IMG/VR virus record: IMGVR_UViG_3300049925_000122
Span: 1 to 24,132 of that record
Reading direction: 5' to 3' (one strand)
Length of the DNA stretch: 24,132 nucleotides
Origin: a virus
Taxonomy: Duplodnaviria; Caudoviricetes
Shown: positions 1 to 7,845 of the stretch, piece by piece
How the letters are laid out: the number at the start of each line of letters is the position of its first letter
How positions within the stretch are numbered: position 1 is the first letter of the stretch
Translations under genes and position numbers: made by a program
The notes under the pieces: model-generated
The model's database searches: none
The model's input: the letters and a program-made list of their open reading frames with translations, nothing else
Told to the model about the DNA's origin: nothing

Positions 1-1
1 G

Positions 2-310
2 CACAGGGCTGCCTCGCGTGTGGAGAACCCCGACCTGTCGGCGGCCAAGTACCTGCTCGAGCGCCGGTTCAAGGACTCCTGGGCCCCGGACAAGAAGGTC
101 GTGCACACGGGCAACGGACCCGGCGGTACCGTGGTCAACCAGACCAACAACATCCTCAACGCGCCCAAGACCATCGTCAGCCTGTCCGACGATCAGCTGG
201 CCCAGATCGAGGCGATGTACCGCGAGAGCGCCAAGGGCGACGGTGACCAGCCCAAGAAGGCCGGCAATATCCCGGGCATGCTCAAGGGACCCGGACAGGG
301 GGACAAGTGA
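2..310 (+). CDS. Terminase small subunit, C-terminal part (5'-truncated)
   Basis: Frame is open from base 2. Contains AAKYLLERRFKDSW (A-x-x-LLERR-x-x-x-x-W, common in TerS C-termini) and SLSDDQL. Its stop overlaps the TerL start (GTGA). Confidence 0.7.
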   Translation, partial: HRAASRVENPDLSAAKYLLERRFKDSWAPDKKVVHTGNGPGGTVVNQTNNILNAPKTIVSLSDDQLAQIEAMYRESAKGDGDQPKKAGNIPGMLKGPGQGDK

Positions 311-2064
311 ACGGCCTGCCGTCCTTTGAGCAGATCCGCGCCGAGCGGTGCCGCCGCGACCTCAAGGAGTTCGTCAAGGACTTCTGGGAGACGGTGGACC
401 CGCGCCCGCTGGTCTGGAACTGGCACATGTCGGTCATCTGCGACGCCCTGATGGACGTCTCCAACGGCCGCACCCAGAACCTGGTCGTCTCGGTACCGCC
501 CGGTTCCAGCAAGTCCCTGCTGGTCTCGGTGCTCTGGCCGGCGTGGGAATGGCTGCCCGGCAACTGGACGGCGGGCTCCAACCTGTTCGCCTCGCGCAGC
601 CGCAACGTCTCCATCCGTGACTCCATCCGCTGCCGCGACTGCCTCAAGTCCGACAAGTACGAGCTGTACAAGTCGCTGCTGGCGCAGATGCACAATGAGG
701 CGGTCTGGAACTTCGCGGGCGACCAGGACCAGAAGGCCAACTACAAGATCTCCTCGGGCGGCCATCGGCTGTCCACGACCGTCGGCGCGAAGGCCACCGG
801 TCTGCGTGCCAACCGCCTGGTCATCGACGACCCGTACGACGTCGACGAGGTCATCAAGGGCAGCAGCGACCGCATCTCCGAGCGTATGCGCGAGGTCATG
901 GACTGGTGGGACCTCAAGATGAGCTCGCGTCTCAACGACCAGTCCCGCGGCTCGCGCGTGATCATCATGCAGCGCCTGCACCCCGAGGACCTGGTCGGTG
1001 TCATCCACAAGCGTGAACCCGAGCTGTGGCGGTCCATCGTGCTGCCCATGGAGTGGGATCCCGAGCTTGCGTGCCCTGAGGACCCGCGGTCGGTACCAGG
1101 CGAACTGCTCTTTCCCTACCTGTTCCCCCGCGAGTTCGTCGAGCGCAAGAAGGGCTCCGAGGACGGCCGGGGCCAGTACTCCGCGCAGTACCAGCAGCGT
1201 CCGGTCCCGCCCGAGGGCCTGATGTTCAAGGCCTCGTGGTTCCAGAACGTCTACGCCTGGCAGGCGGGCGACTGGCGTGAGAACCGCCAGCTGCCGCCGA
1301 TGCGCCGGACCATCCTGACGATCGACACCGCGATGAAGGCCGGCGAGCTGAGCGACTACTCGGTCGCCGTCCTGCTGGGCGAGACGGCCCACGGCGACAT
1401 CTACGTGCTCGACGTCTGGCGCGACCGCGTGGGCGACGAGGACCTGCGTCCGATGGTCCTGGGCCTGGTCAGGCGCTACAAGCCCAAGGTCACCCTGATC
1501 GAGGACAAGGGAACAGGTACCGGCCTCATCCCGTTCATCCGCAAGGGCGCGCAGGGCTGCACCAGCGTCATCGGCATCACGCCCAACGTGGCCAAGGACA
1601 TCCGCGCCTCGATGACCACGCACTTCTGGAAGGCCGGGCGCATCTTCCTGCCCTTTGGCGCCGCATGGGCGCAGGCCTTCATCAACGAGCACCAGGCGTT
1701 CAATCCCCCGCACTCGGCCAAGGACGACCAGGTCGACGCCATGAGCCAGGCCCTGCTGTACCTGGACGAGAACCATTCGGACTTCGTGCACCGGTTCGCC
1801 GGGGCGGGCACCGTCATCGAGATGGGGCCGACCGGCCACGTCGACGTGTACGACCCGCGGGTCGACGCGCACCTGGCCAGAAAGGAGCTCTCGACCGCAC
1901 GCGGCGGTACCTTGGGAGCCGCTACCACGCAGGGCGTGCAGGTCGACCAGGGCGCGGTGCTGTGGGCGGAACTGATGGGCATGCACAACGGATTTGAGAC
2001 GTTCGACCCGGGCGACATGCGGCCGGTGTCCGACCTGGAAAGGGGTATGGACAACGACGAGTAG
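307..2064 (+). CDS. terL: Terminase large subunit
   Basis: Walker A variant VSVPPGSSKS, Walker B LVIDDP, coupling region IIMQRLHPEDL, SAQYQQRP hinge, RNase H-like nuclease motifs TIDTA...DYS, LIEDKGTG and DDQVDAMSQAL. Confidence 0.96.
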   Translation: MNGLPSFEQIRAERCRRDLKEFVKDFWETVDPRPLVWNWHMSVICDALMDVSNGRTQNLVVSVPPGSSKSLLVSVLWPAWEWLPGNWTAGSNLFASRSRNVSIRDSIRCRDCLKSDKYELYKSLLAQMHNEAVWNFAGDQDQKANYKISSGGHRLSTTVGAKATGLRANRLVIDDPYDVDEVIKGSSDRISERMREVMDWWDLKMSSRLNDQSRGSRVIIMQRLHPEDLVGVIHKREPELWRSIVLPMEWDPELACPEDPRSVPGELLFPYLFPREFVERKKGSEDGRGQYSAQYQQRPVPPEGLMFKASWFQNVYAWQAGDWRENRQLPPMRRTILTIDTAMKAGELSDYSVAVLLGETAHGDIYVLDVWRDRVGDEDLRPMVLGLVRRYKPKVTLIEDKGTGTGLIPFIRKGAQGCTSVIGITPNVAKDIRASMTTHFWKAGRIFLPFGAAWAQAFINEHQAFNPPHSAKDDQVDAMSQALLYLDENHSDFVHRFAGAGTVIEMGPTGHVDVYDPRVDAHLARKELSTARGGTLGAATTQGVQVDQGAVLWAELMGMHNGFETFDPGDMRPVSDLERGMDNDE

Positions 2065-2076
2065 GGTTGGTATTAT
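2048..2076 (+). promoter_or_regulatory. Putative sigma70-type promoter
   Basis: TGGACA(2048-2053)-17 bp-TATTAT(2071-2076) with extended -10 TG at 2068-2069; GAGGA RBS before ATG 2110. Confidence 0.6.
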
Positions 2077-2109
2077 GCAGAGAACGCCGCAACGGCACTG
2101 CGAGGAACC

Positions 2110-2796
2110 ATGAGCATGTTCAGCTACTTAGACCTTCTTGTCCGCCGAGCAACAGTGCGGTTAATCGTCGGCCTCGCGTACCGTGCGGTGGACCTGTCCT
2201 CGTGGCTGTGCTCCAAGGTGTTCGGCATCCCGACCTCGCACATCCTGATGGTCATGTCGGACATCGAGAGCAAGAAGGTCATGGCGCTGCAGAACGTCAA
2301 CGTCATGACCACGCACTCGGGCGACGCGCTGTCGCTGCTGCGCGACCACCACAAGATGCTCGCCGACACCGTGACCGAGAAGGACGCCGAGCGGCTCAAG
2401 CTGGCGGATGCCAAGCCGTCCAAGGTCGAGCCGGACCCGGCCGCGCTCGACGACCTGACGCAGGTCCTGCAGGCGGCGGCGGTCCACGAGATCGGCGAGC
2501 GCACGCTGGTCGTGCTGGACTGCGCCGAGTCGGCCATGGACCGGCCGGCGTTCCGTCAGGCCCTGTCCCTTATCGCCCAGAAGACCAAGGCCCACATGGT
2601 CGTCACGGGCGCGGACATCCGCGCCGTGCAGGCCATGGACGTGCCCACTGACGGACTGGTCGTCGTGCACACGGACAAGGAACTGGAGAACCCGCGCTTT
2701 GCCCGCACGCTGCAGGAGCAGCTTCGCAAGGAGCGCGGGGACAAGGTGCGCGTCTCCGTCATGGTCGCACGGCAGCCGGACAAAGAAGCCAAGTAG
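2110..2796 (+). CDS. Hypothetical protein between TerL and portal
   Basis: 228 aa, GC3-rich codon usage after the first ~25 codons, RBS GAGGA upstream; no recognisable motif. Confidence 0.8.
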   Translation: MSMFSYLDLLVRRATVRLIVGLAYRAVDLSSWLCSKVFGIPTSHILMVMSDIESKKVMALQNVNVMTTHSGDALSLLRDHHKMLADTVTEKDAERLKLADAKPSKVEPDPAALDDLTQVLQAAAVHEIGERTLVVLDCAESAMDRPAFRQALSLIAQKTKAHMVVTGADIRAVQAMDVPTDGLVVVHTDKELENPRFARTLQEQLRKERGDKVRVSVMVARQPDKEAK

Positions 2797-2822
2797 CCAA
2801 GCCGCGATCATGGCGCTAGACT
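2794..2822 (+). promoter_or_regulatory. Putative promoter for the portal gene
   Basis: TAGCCA(2794-2799)-17 bp-TAGACT(2817-2822). Confidence 0.4.
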
Positions 2823-2861
2823 ATCCGGGGTACGTCTGTCAACCCCATCCCTGAGGCAGCC

Positions 2862-4658
2862 ATGGCGATCTTTGATATCTGGCCCAAGCGGATCCGTGAC
2901 ATCGACATTCAGCAGGCGCAGGCCGAGCTGGACGCGATGGAGCAGGATCGTATCCGCAAGGCCGACAGCCTGCTGACCGAACAGGTGATCAGGGAGTCCG
3001 TCGAACGGCAGGTCCGCGAGGAGCTGGCGACGACCAAGCACAGCAATCCCGTCGCCGCCAACCTCGACTGGCTCGACCCGGTCCTGATGGTCGACCCGGC
3101 CGTGCAGGGCACCCAGCACCCGGGTACCCGCGGCGCAGCGATGTCCTTTGAGATCCTGCGCGGCATGGCGGCGGTCCCGGTCATCGACGGTATCATCACC
3201 ACCCGCCTGTCGCAGCTGGCGCCCTTCACGCGGCGCATGCGCAACCACAACGAGCCCAGCTTCTACGTCCGCATGCGCGACCGCGGCAAGCCGCCGAGCA
3301 CCGCGGCCCGCAAGAAGATCGCGGCGCTGGAGGCGTGGATCGAGACCTGCGGCGACCCGATGGCGCAGGAGGACCCGACCTTTGAGACCTTCGTCGCCAA
3401 GATCATGCGCGACTCGCTCACGCTCGATCAGGCCTGCGCCGAGATCCTGCTGGACAAGAAGGGCAACCCGGCGGCGATGATCCCGGTGGACGCCGCGACG
3501 ATCCGCTACGCCCTGCCCTCGGAGAAGGAGATGCTCGCGGGCCGGCGCTCGACGCTGGAACGCAAGTACATCCAGGTCCTCAACACCAAGAAGGTCGCCG
3601 AGTGGGAACCCGAGCGCTTCATGTTCGGCATCCGCCGTCCGCGCACGGACCTCAACTCCAACTTCTACGGCTGGCCCGAACTCGAGGTCATCGCCCGCAA
3701 CGTCAACTACCTGCTGCAGGCCGAGTTCTACAACGCGGCCAACTTCACCAACGGCATGCACGCCTCGGGCATCATCGCCATCATGAGCGCGATGGACAAG
3801 CACGCGTTCTACCAGCTGGACATGAAGATGCGCCAGGCGCTGTCGGGCGCGCACAACGCCCACCGCACGATGTTCCTTCAGCTCAATCCCAACGAGAAAG
3901 AGGACATCAAGCCCATCCAGTTCAGCCAGACCAACAAGGACATGGAGTTCAGCAACTGGGTCAGCTGGCTGCTCAAGATTGTCGCGGGCGCCTACCAGAT
4001 GGACCCGGCCGAGATCAACTTCATCTACGGCAACGAGAACCAGCGCAGCACCCTGGGCAACGTCGACGCCCAGGACCGCATCTCCGCCTCCAAAGAGCGC
4101 GGCCTGCCTATCCTGCTCTCCAAGCTGGCCTCGTGGCTCAACCGCAAGGTCATCTACCGCCTGGACCCGGACTTCGAGCTGGCGTTCAACGGCTTTGACG
4201 AGAAGAACCCGCTGACGCAGGCGGATCTCGACGAGCGCATGCTGCGCACCAGCATCTCGCTCAACGAGCTCCGCGCCCAGCAGGACCGCCCGACACTGGG
4301 CGACCACTGGATCTTCAACACCCCGCTCAACCCGGTGGCAGTCAACGTGCTGTCGCAGGAGCAGGCCCGCAAGGAGCAGCAGGAGCAGGAGGAGAAGCAG
4401 GCCGCCATGCAGCAACAGCAGCAGGGCCAGGGCCAGCCCGGCGATGAGGGCGAGCCGCCCAATCCGCCCGAGGAGCTGCCCGACCAGTACAAGCCGACCG
4501 GCGAGCGCGACGCGCTGCCCGAGGGCGTCTCACTCGATGACGCCTTGGGTGGAAAGCCCGAAGGCGGCGAGGAGCCCTCCGAGGACGAGGAGCCGGAGGA
4601 AGGCGAGCAGGTCAGCAAGTCCATCAAGGACGGCGTCATGATCGTGGTCGAGGTCTAG
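2862..4658 (+). CDS. Portal protein (SPO1/Twort-like) with acidic Q/E/P-rich tail
   Basis: Motifs FETFVAKIMRDSLTLDQ, PVDAATIR, RRPRTD...YGWPELE, NFTNG, KDMEFSNW, AYQMDPAEINF, SKERGL.P and SLNELR resemble Herelleviridae-type portals; located after the terminase. Confidence 0.93.
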   Translation: MAIFDIWPKRIRDIDIQQAQAELDAMEQDRIRKADSLLTEQVIRESVERQVREELATTKHSNPVAANLDWLDPVLMVDPAVQGTQHPGTRGAAMSFEILRGMAAVPVIDGIITTRLSQLAPFTRRMRNHNEPSFYVRMRDRGKPPSTAARKKIAALEAWIETCGDPMAQEDPTFETFVAKIMRDSLTLDQACAEILLDKKGNPAAMIPVDAATIRYALPSEKEMLAGRRSTLERKYIQVLNTKKVAEWEPERFMFGIRRPRTDLNSNFYGWPELEVIARNVNYLLQAEFYNAANFTNGMHASGIIAIMSAMDKHAFYQLDMKMRQALSGAHNAHRTMFLQLNPNEKEDIKPIQFSQTNKDMEFSNWVSWLLKIVAGAYQMDPAEINFIYGNENQRSTLGNVDAQDRISASKERGLPILLSKLASWLNRKVIYRLDPDFELAFNGFDEKNPLTQADLDERMLRTSISLNELRAQQDRPTLGDHWIFNTPLNPVAVNVLSQEQARKEQQEQEEKQAAMQQQQQGQGQPGDEGEPPNPPEELPDQYKPTGERDALPEGVSLDDALGGKPEGGEEPSEDEEPEEGEQVSKSIKDGVMIVVEV

Positions 4659-4692
4659 TCTAGCGTAGTTTTTGCAACCTGTGAGGATCACA

Positions 4693-5985
4693 ATGGATTA
4701 CCGTAAAGCTGCGCAGGATTTGGCTACCTACATCGAGGCCGCGGACAGCTGGGAGCGCAAGGCCGACAAGCTGCAGGGCGCCCAGCGGGCCGAGGCCCTG
4801 CGCAAGGCGATGGTCTACCGCGGCAACGCCCGGGCCATCCACACGGCAGCCGGCGAGCTGCTCAAGGCCTTTCCCATCAGCAAGCGCGTAGACTGGAAAG
4901 GCATGAAGGTCTCCATCGAGAACCCGGCCGGCAGCTTCCGCAAGTGGAAGGACGCGGGCACGGGCGCCGAGGGCCAGACCCACATGCTCAACGACTACGG
5001 CTACCTGCGCCAGACCGGCGCGGCGGACGGCGACGCGGTGGACGTGTTCATGGGACCTGACCCGGACGGCGCCCAGCACGTCTACGTGGTCCGCCAGCTG
5101 CGTGCGCCGGACTTCAGGTACTACGACGAGGACAAGTGCATGATCGGCTTTCACAACGCCGACCACGCCCGCGCCGTCTACCACCAGCACTACAACAGCC
5201 CGCGGTTCTTCGGCGGCATGGACACCTACCCGGTGGACACCTTCCTGCAGGCCGTCAAGGGCACGCACAAGGCGCCGGCTCCCGTGGGCGGCTGGAACGC
5301 GCTGATGGTCCCGCAGCGCATGTCGGACCACCCGCTGCTCAACGACGAGGCATCGGTCTTTATCGCCGAGGCGGAGAAGCCCCTGGACAACGAGGAAGCC
5401 GCCATGCCGGCGTTCGTGCGTCCGGCGGCCATCCTGCCGGACAACGCCGAGGTGATCCACAAGGCCATCCTCGGTGCGCTCGACATCATCAAGGGCGAGC
5501 CGGTCCGCAAGAAGGTCAAGTGGCAGGGGGTCAAGATCTCCATCGAGGCGCCAGCCGGAACCGTGCGGATGCACGAGGACGAGCACGGGGTCGAGAAGGA
5601 GACCTACATGTACAACGACTACGGGTACTTCAACAAGACCAAGGGAGCGGACGGCGACTGCGTCGACGTGTTCTTAGGGCCTGACCTCGAGCACGCCCAT
5701 GAGGTCTACGTGGTCCGTCAGCTTGTGGCCCCGGAGTGTAAGTACTACGACGAGGACAAGTGCATGGTGGGCTTTGACAGTGAGGACAAGGCCAAGGAAG
5801 CCTACCTCAAACATCACCATCACAAACCCAAGCACATCGGACAGATTGACACATACCCAGTTGATACGTTCGTGGACGACCTCAAGAAGACCCGCGAGAC
5901 AATGCAGCCTGTGGGCGGATGGGATGCCATCTCCAAGCTCAAACTGGACGACAAGCATCGCGGTGCGGCATCCGACGAGGACTGA
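4693..5985 (+). CDS. Protein with two tandem phage inorganic pyrophosphatase-like (InPase) domains
   Basis: Two ~138-aa copies (4882-5295, 5509-5922), each with SIE.PAG..R, NDYGY, ADGDxVDVF.GPD, VYVVRQ, YYDEDKCM.GF and DTYPVDTF...PVGGW. DxDxxD is the family I PPase metal motif. ATG 4693 follows GAGGA and is preferred over TTG 4672. Confidence 0.85.
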   Translation: MDYRKAAQDLATYIEAADSWERKADKLQGAQRAEALRKAMVYRGNARAIHTAAGELLKAFPISKRVDWKGMKVSIENPAGSFRKWKDAGTGAEGQTHMLNDYGYLRQTGAADGDAVDVFMGPDPDGAQHVYVVRQLRAPDFRYYDEDKCMIGFHNADHARAVYHQHYNSPRFFGGMDTYPVDTFLQAVKGTHKAPAPVGGWNALMVPQRMSDHPLLNDEASVFIAEAEKPLDNEEAAMPAFVRPAAILPDNAEVIHKAILGALDIIKGEPVRKKVKWQGVKISIEAPAGTVRMHEDEHGVEKETYMYNDYGYFNKTKGADGDCVDVFLGPDLEHAHEVYVVRQLVAPECKYYDEDKCMVGFDSEDKAKEAYLKHHHHKPKHIGQIDTYPVDTFVDDLKKTRETMQPVGGWDAISKLKLDDKHRGAASDED

Positions 5986-5989
5986 GTTC

Positions 5990-6018
5990 TTGTCGCCGGA
6001 GTATGATGCTGATAGCAT
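5990..6018 (+). promoter_or_regulatory. Putative sigma70-type promoter for the small membrane-gene cluster
   Basis: TTGTCG(5990-5995)-17 bp-TAGCAT(6013-6018) with extended TG at 6010-6011; followed by a TGTGAC...GTCACA inverted repeat and GGGAGG RBS. Confidence 0.55.
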
Positions 6019-6066
6019 TGACCGTGTGACTGCAGTCTCCTCGGGCCTGTCACAAGGGAGGTCAAC

Positions 6067-6303
6067 ATGCTCCAGACCGTCCAGGACTGGCTGTCGTTCA
6101 TTCTTGTGCTGATCCCTGTGCTGTCGGGCGTCTGCTCGTTCCTCGCCGCCGTGCTGCCGCAATCGGACAGCCTCTGGCGCAAGGTGCTGGACAAGCTTGG
6201 CAACAACTGGGGCAACGCGACCAATAGTGTCAAGGAGCTTCAGAAGGTCGTCGACCAGGTGGAGCAGGCCAAGGAAAACTGGCAGAGCAAGATTCGTCGT
6301 TAG
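6067..6303 (+). CDS. Small membrane protein, putative holin
   Basis: 78 aa; N-terminal hydrophobic helix WLSFILVLIPVLSGVCSFLAAVLP, amphipathic WRKVLDKLGNNWGNA, charged C-terminus; strong RBS GGGAGG. The holin function is inference. Confidence 0.6.
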   Translation: MLQTVQDWLSFILVLIPVLSGVCSFLAAVLPQSDSLWRKVLDKLGNNWGNATNSVKELQKVVDQVEQAKENWQSKIRR

Positions 6304-6311
6304 GGGGAGCC

Positions 6312-6590
6312 ATGCGGACATTCGCGGCCCTTTGCGCCGTAGCCATGCTCGGGTGCAGCAGCGCGTGGGAATGCACCACCGCCGAAGTGCATCTCAAGAC
6401 CCACCCGTGGAAGCCCAAGCCGGCCAAGCTGGTGACGCTGCGCTGTGACGCGGACAAGTCCGACGCGTGGCTGTGTGACGATGTCACGCTGACCACCAGC
6501 AAGGACAGCCGGGTCCATCTGTTGTGCAACCAGAAGGAGAAGGCCGTCTTTGACGTGACCGGCCCCGGAGGTTCCGATGGCGACAAGTGA
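6312..6590 (+). CDS. Predicted lipoprotein, Cys-rich
   Basis: Signal MRTFAALCAVAMLG|C (lipobox-like MLGC); four further Cys in the mature part; RBS GGGGGAG. Confidence 0.75.
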   Translation: MRTFAALCAVAMLGCSSAWECTTAEVHLKTHPWKPKPAKLVTLRCDADKSDAWLCDDVTLTTSKDSRVHLLCNQKEKAVFDVTGPGGSDGDK

Positions 6591-6840
6591 CCTCGAGCAG
6601 CTCAAGGCCCTGGGCAGCGCGAGCCTGAACAAGACCGAGGACTTCGCCACCGACGTGGCAGCGTATGTGGTCGAGGGCGCCACGTCCTTTGCCACAGGCT
6701 CGCTGGGCCTTCCGCCCGTAGTTGCTGACGCGCTATCCCGCCGCCTGCATATCCTCGTGCAGGAGGGCATCGCCCGCAGTCGGCTTCGCCACATCCGCAC
6801 CACGAAGCTGGTTGTGATTGACGAGACGGAGGACAAATGA
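6577..6840 (+). CDS. Hypothetical protein
   Basis: 87 aa, GGAGG RBS, overlaps both neighbours (ATGA coupling downstream). Confidence 0.75.
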   Translation: MATSDLEQLKALGSASLNKTEDFATDVAAYVVEGATSFATGSLGLPPVVADALSRRLHILVQEGIARSRLRHIRTTKLVVIDETEDK

Positions 6841-7193
6841 CGATCGACCAACCACTGGTTGTCATCAGCATGATCGGCGGCCTGCTTGTGTTCGTGGGCA
6901 CGACCGTATGGGGCATCGGGACCCTGCTGCGCGGCATGGACGCCAAGCTCGCGGCCCTCAGTTTGGACCTCAAGACACAGGTCTCCAAGATGGAGACCGA
7001 CTTGAGATCATTGATCTCTGACATGCGCAACGGGCAGACCGAGCTGTCGGGCAAAGTGGAGCACTTGACCGCCCTGCTCAACAACCTGCAAAATGAGAGC
7101 AACCGGTTGCGCAACCGCGTTGACAGCCTCAACACCCAGGTGGCGATTATCGCCTCCGTCACGGACGCGCCGGTGCACAAGGAATCCAAATGA
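6837..7193 (+). CDS. Single-TM coiled-coil membrane protein (i-spanin-like or XhlA-like topology)
   Basis: N-terminal TM PLVVISMIGGLLVFVGTTVWGIG, then Leu heptads; GGAGG RBS; ATGA overlaps at both ends. Confidence 0.75.
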   Translation: MTIDQPLVVISMIGGLLVFVGTTVWGIGTLLRGMDAKLAALSLDLKTQVSKMETDLRSLISDMRNGQTELSGKVEHLTALLNNLQNESNRLRNRVDSLNTQVAIIASVTDAPVHKESK

Positions 7194-7402
7194 AGTACCT
7201 TGCTTTCGCCGCACTCGTCCTGCTCCTGCCCTGCTGCAAGGAGCCCGAACCGACCCCGGCAGTTGTGACGGATGCGATCGCAGATGTGGACGCGGTCGAC
7301 GCAGCTGCTGACGCTACTGCCGTCGATGCGTCAGCGGACGTCAGCGAAGTGGACGCGGCAGCGGTCGTCACGCCCGTCGATGCCACCAGCACCGAGCAGT
7401 AG
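7190..7402 (+). CDS. Small secreted or lipoprotein with acidic Ala/Asp/Val-rich tail
   Basis: MKYLAFAALVLLLPCC signal with Cys, then EPEPTP and repeated (V/A)DA units; AAGGA RBS. Confidence 0.7.
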   Translation: MKYLAFAALVLLLPCCKEPEPTPAVVTDAIADVDAVDAAADATAVDASADVSEVDAAAVVTPVDATSTEQ

Positions 7403-7428
7403 ACTACCCGGACGCGGCGCGATACACT
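7400..7428 (+). promoter_or_regulatory. Putative promoter upstream of ORF 7465 and the giant gene
   Basis: TAGACT(7400-7405)-17 bp-TACACT(7423-7428). Confidence 0.45.
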
Positions 7429-7464
7429 GGATCGGCGGCGTGTTCCGCTGATTCGGGGTAAGCC

Positions 7465-7803
7465 ATGAATGGTTGTCATGTACGCGTAGTCTCGCTCGCC
7501 AAGGGCGCTGGATCCTCTGTGCAGTTCGACTTCGATACGGTCGGCCACAAGATTGACGGCGACTATGGCAACTATCAGATCGTCTGCAAGGGCCTGGACG
7601 GCGGCAACTACGACGTCGCCCTGCTCGGACCTGACGAGACCTACCGCAACTTCGTGACCGGCAAGGTGCTGGCGGATACCGTCATCATCCCGGACGGCTA
7701 CCACTTCCAGGCCATCCGGGTGACGTTCAATGCCCTTGGCGCTGGTGCGGCCGCCGTGGCGACCTTGTCGGCCATGGGCCGGCTCGTGCGCTACTCGAGC
7801 TAA
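7465..7803 (+). CDS. Hypothetical beta-rich protein
   Basis: 112 aa with phage-like codon usage and alternating hydrophobic strands; no motif recognised. Confidence 0.75.
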   Translation: MNGCHVRVVSLAKGAGSSVQFDFDTVGHKIDGDYGNYQIVCKGLDGGNYDVALLGPDETYRNFVTGKVLADTVIIPDGYHFQAIRVTFNALGAGAAAVATLSAMGRLVRYSS

Positions 7804-7845
7804 CCGTCATAAGTACCTGAAAATACATAGCCAGAGAGGCCGTAC

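Noticed and set aside
193-1986. Long minus-strand ORFs (also 2808-4415, 8242-9807, 13750-14895, 18169-19272, 20526-21833, 21906-22895)
   Set aside because: They are antisense shadows of GC3-biased plus-strand genes with clear motifs, and show no recognisable domains.
307-2064. Intein or intron in TerL or other head genes
   Set aside because: Motif spacing is normal, ORFs are uninterrupted, and no intein splice or homing-endonuclease motifs were seen.
4672-4692. TTG start for the InPase gene
   Set aside because: GAGGA at 4683-4687 fits ATG 4693 better.
5812-5823. His4 run in InPase domain 2 as an engineered tag
   Set aside because: Only four His, aligned with YHQHY in domain 1; natural variation.
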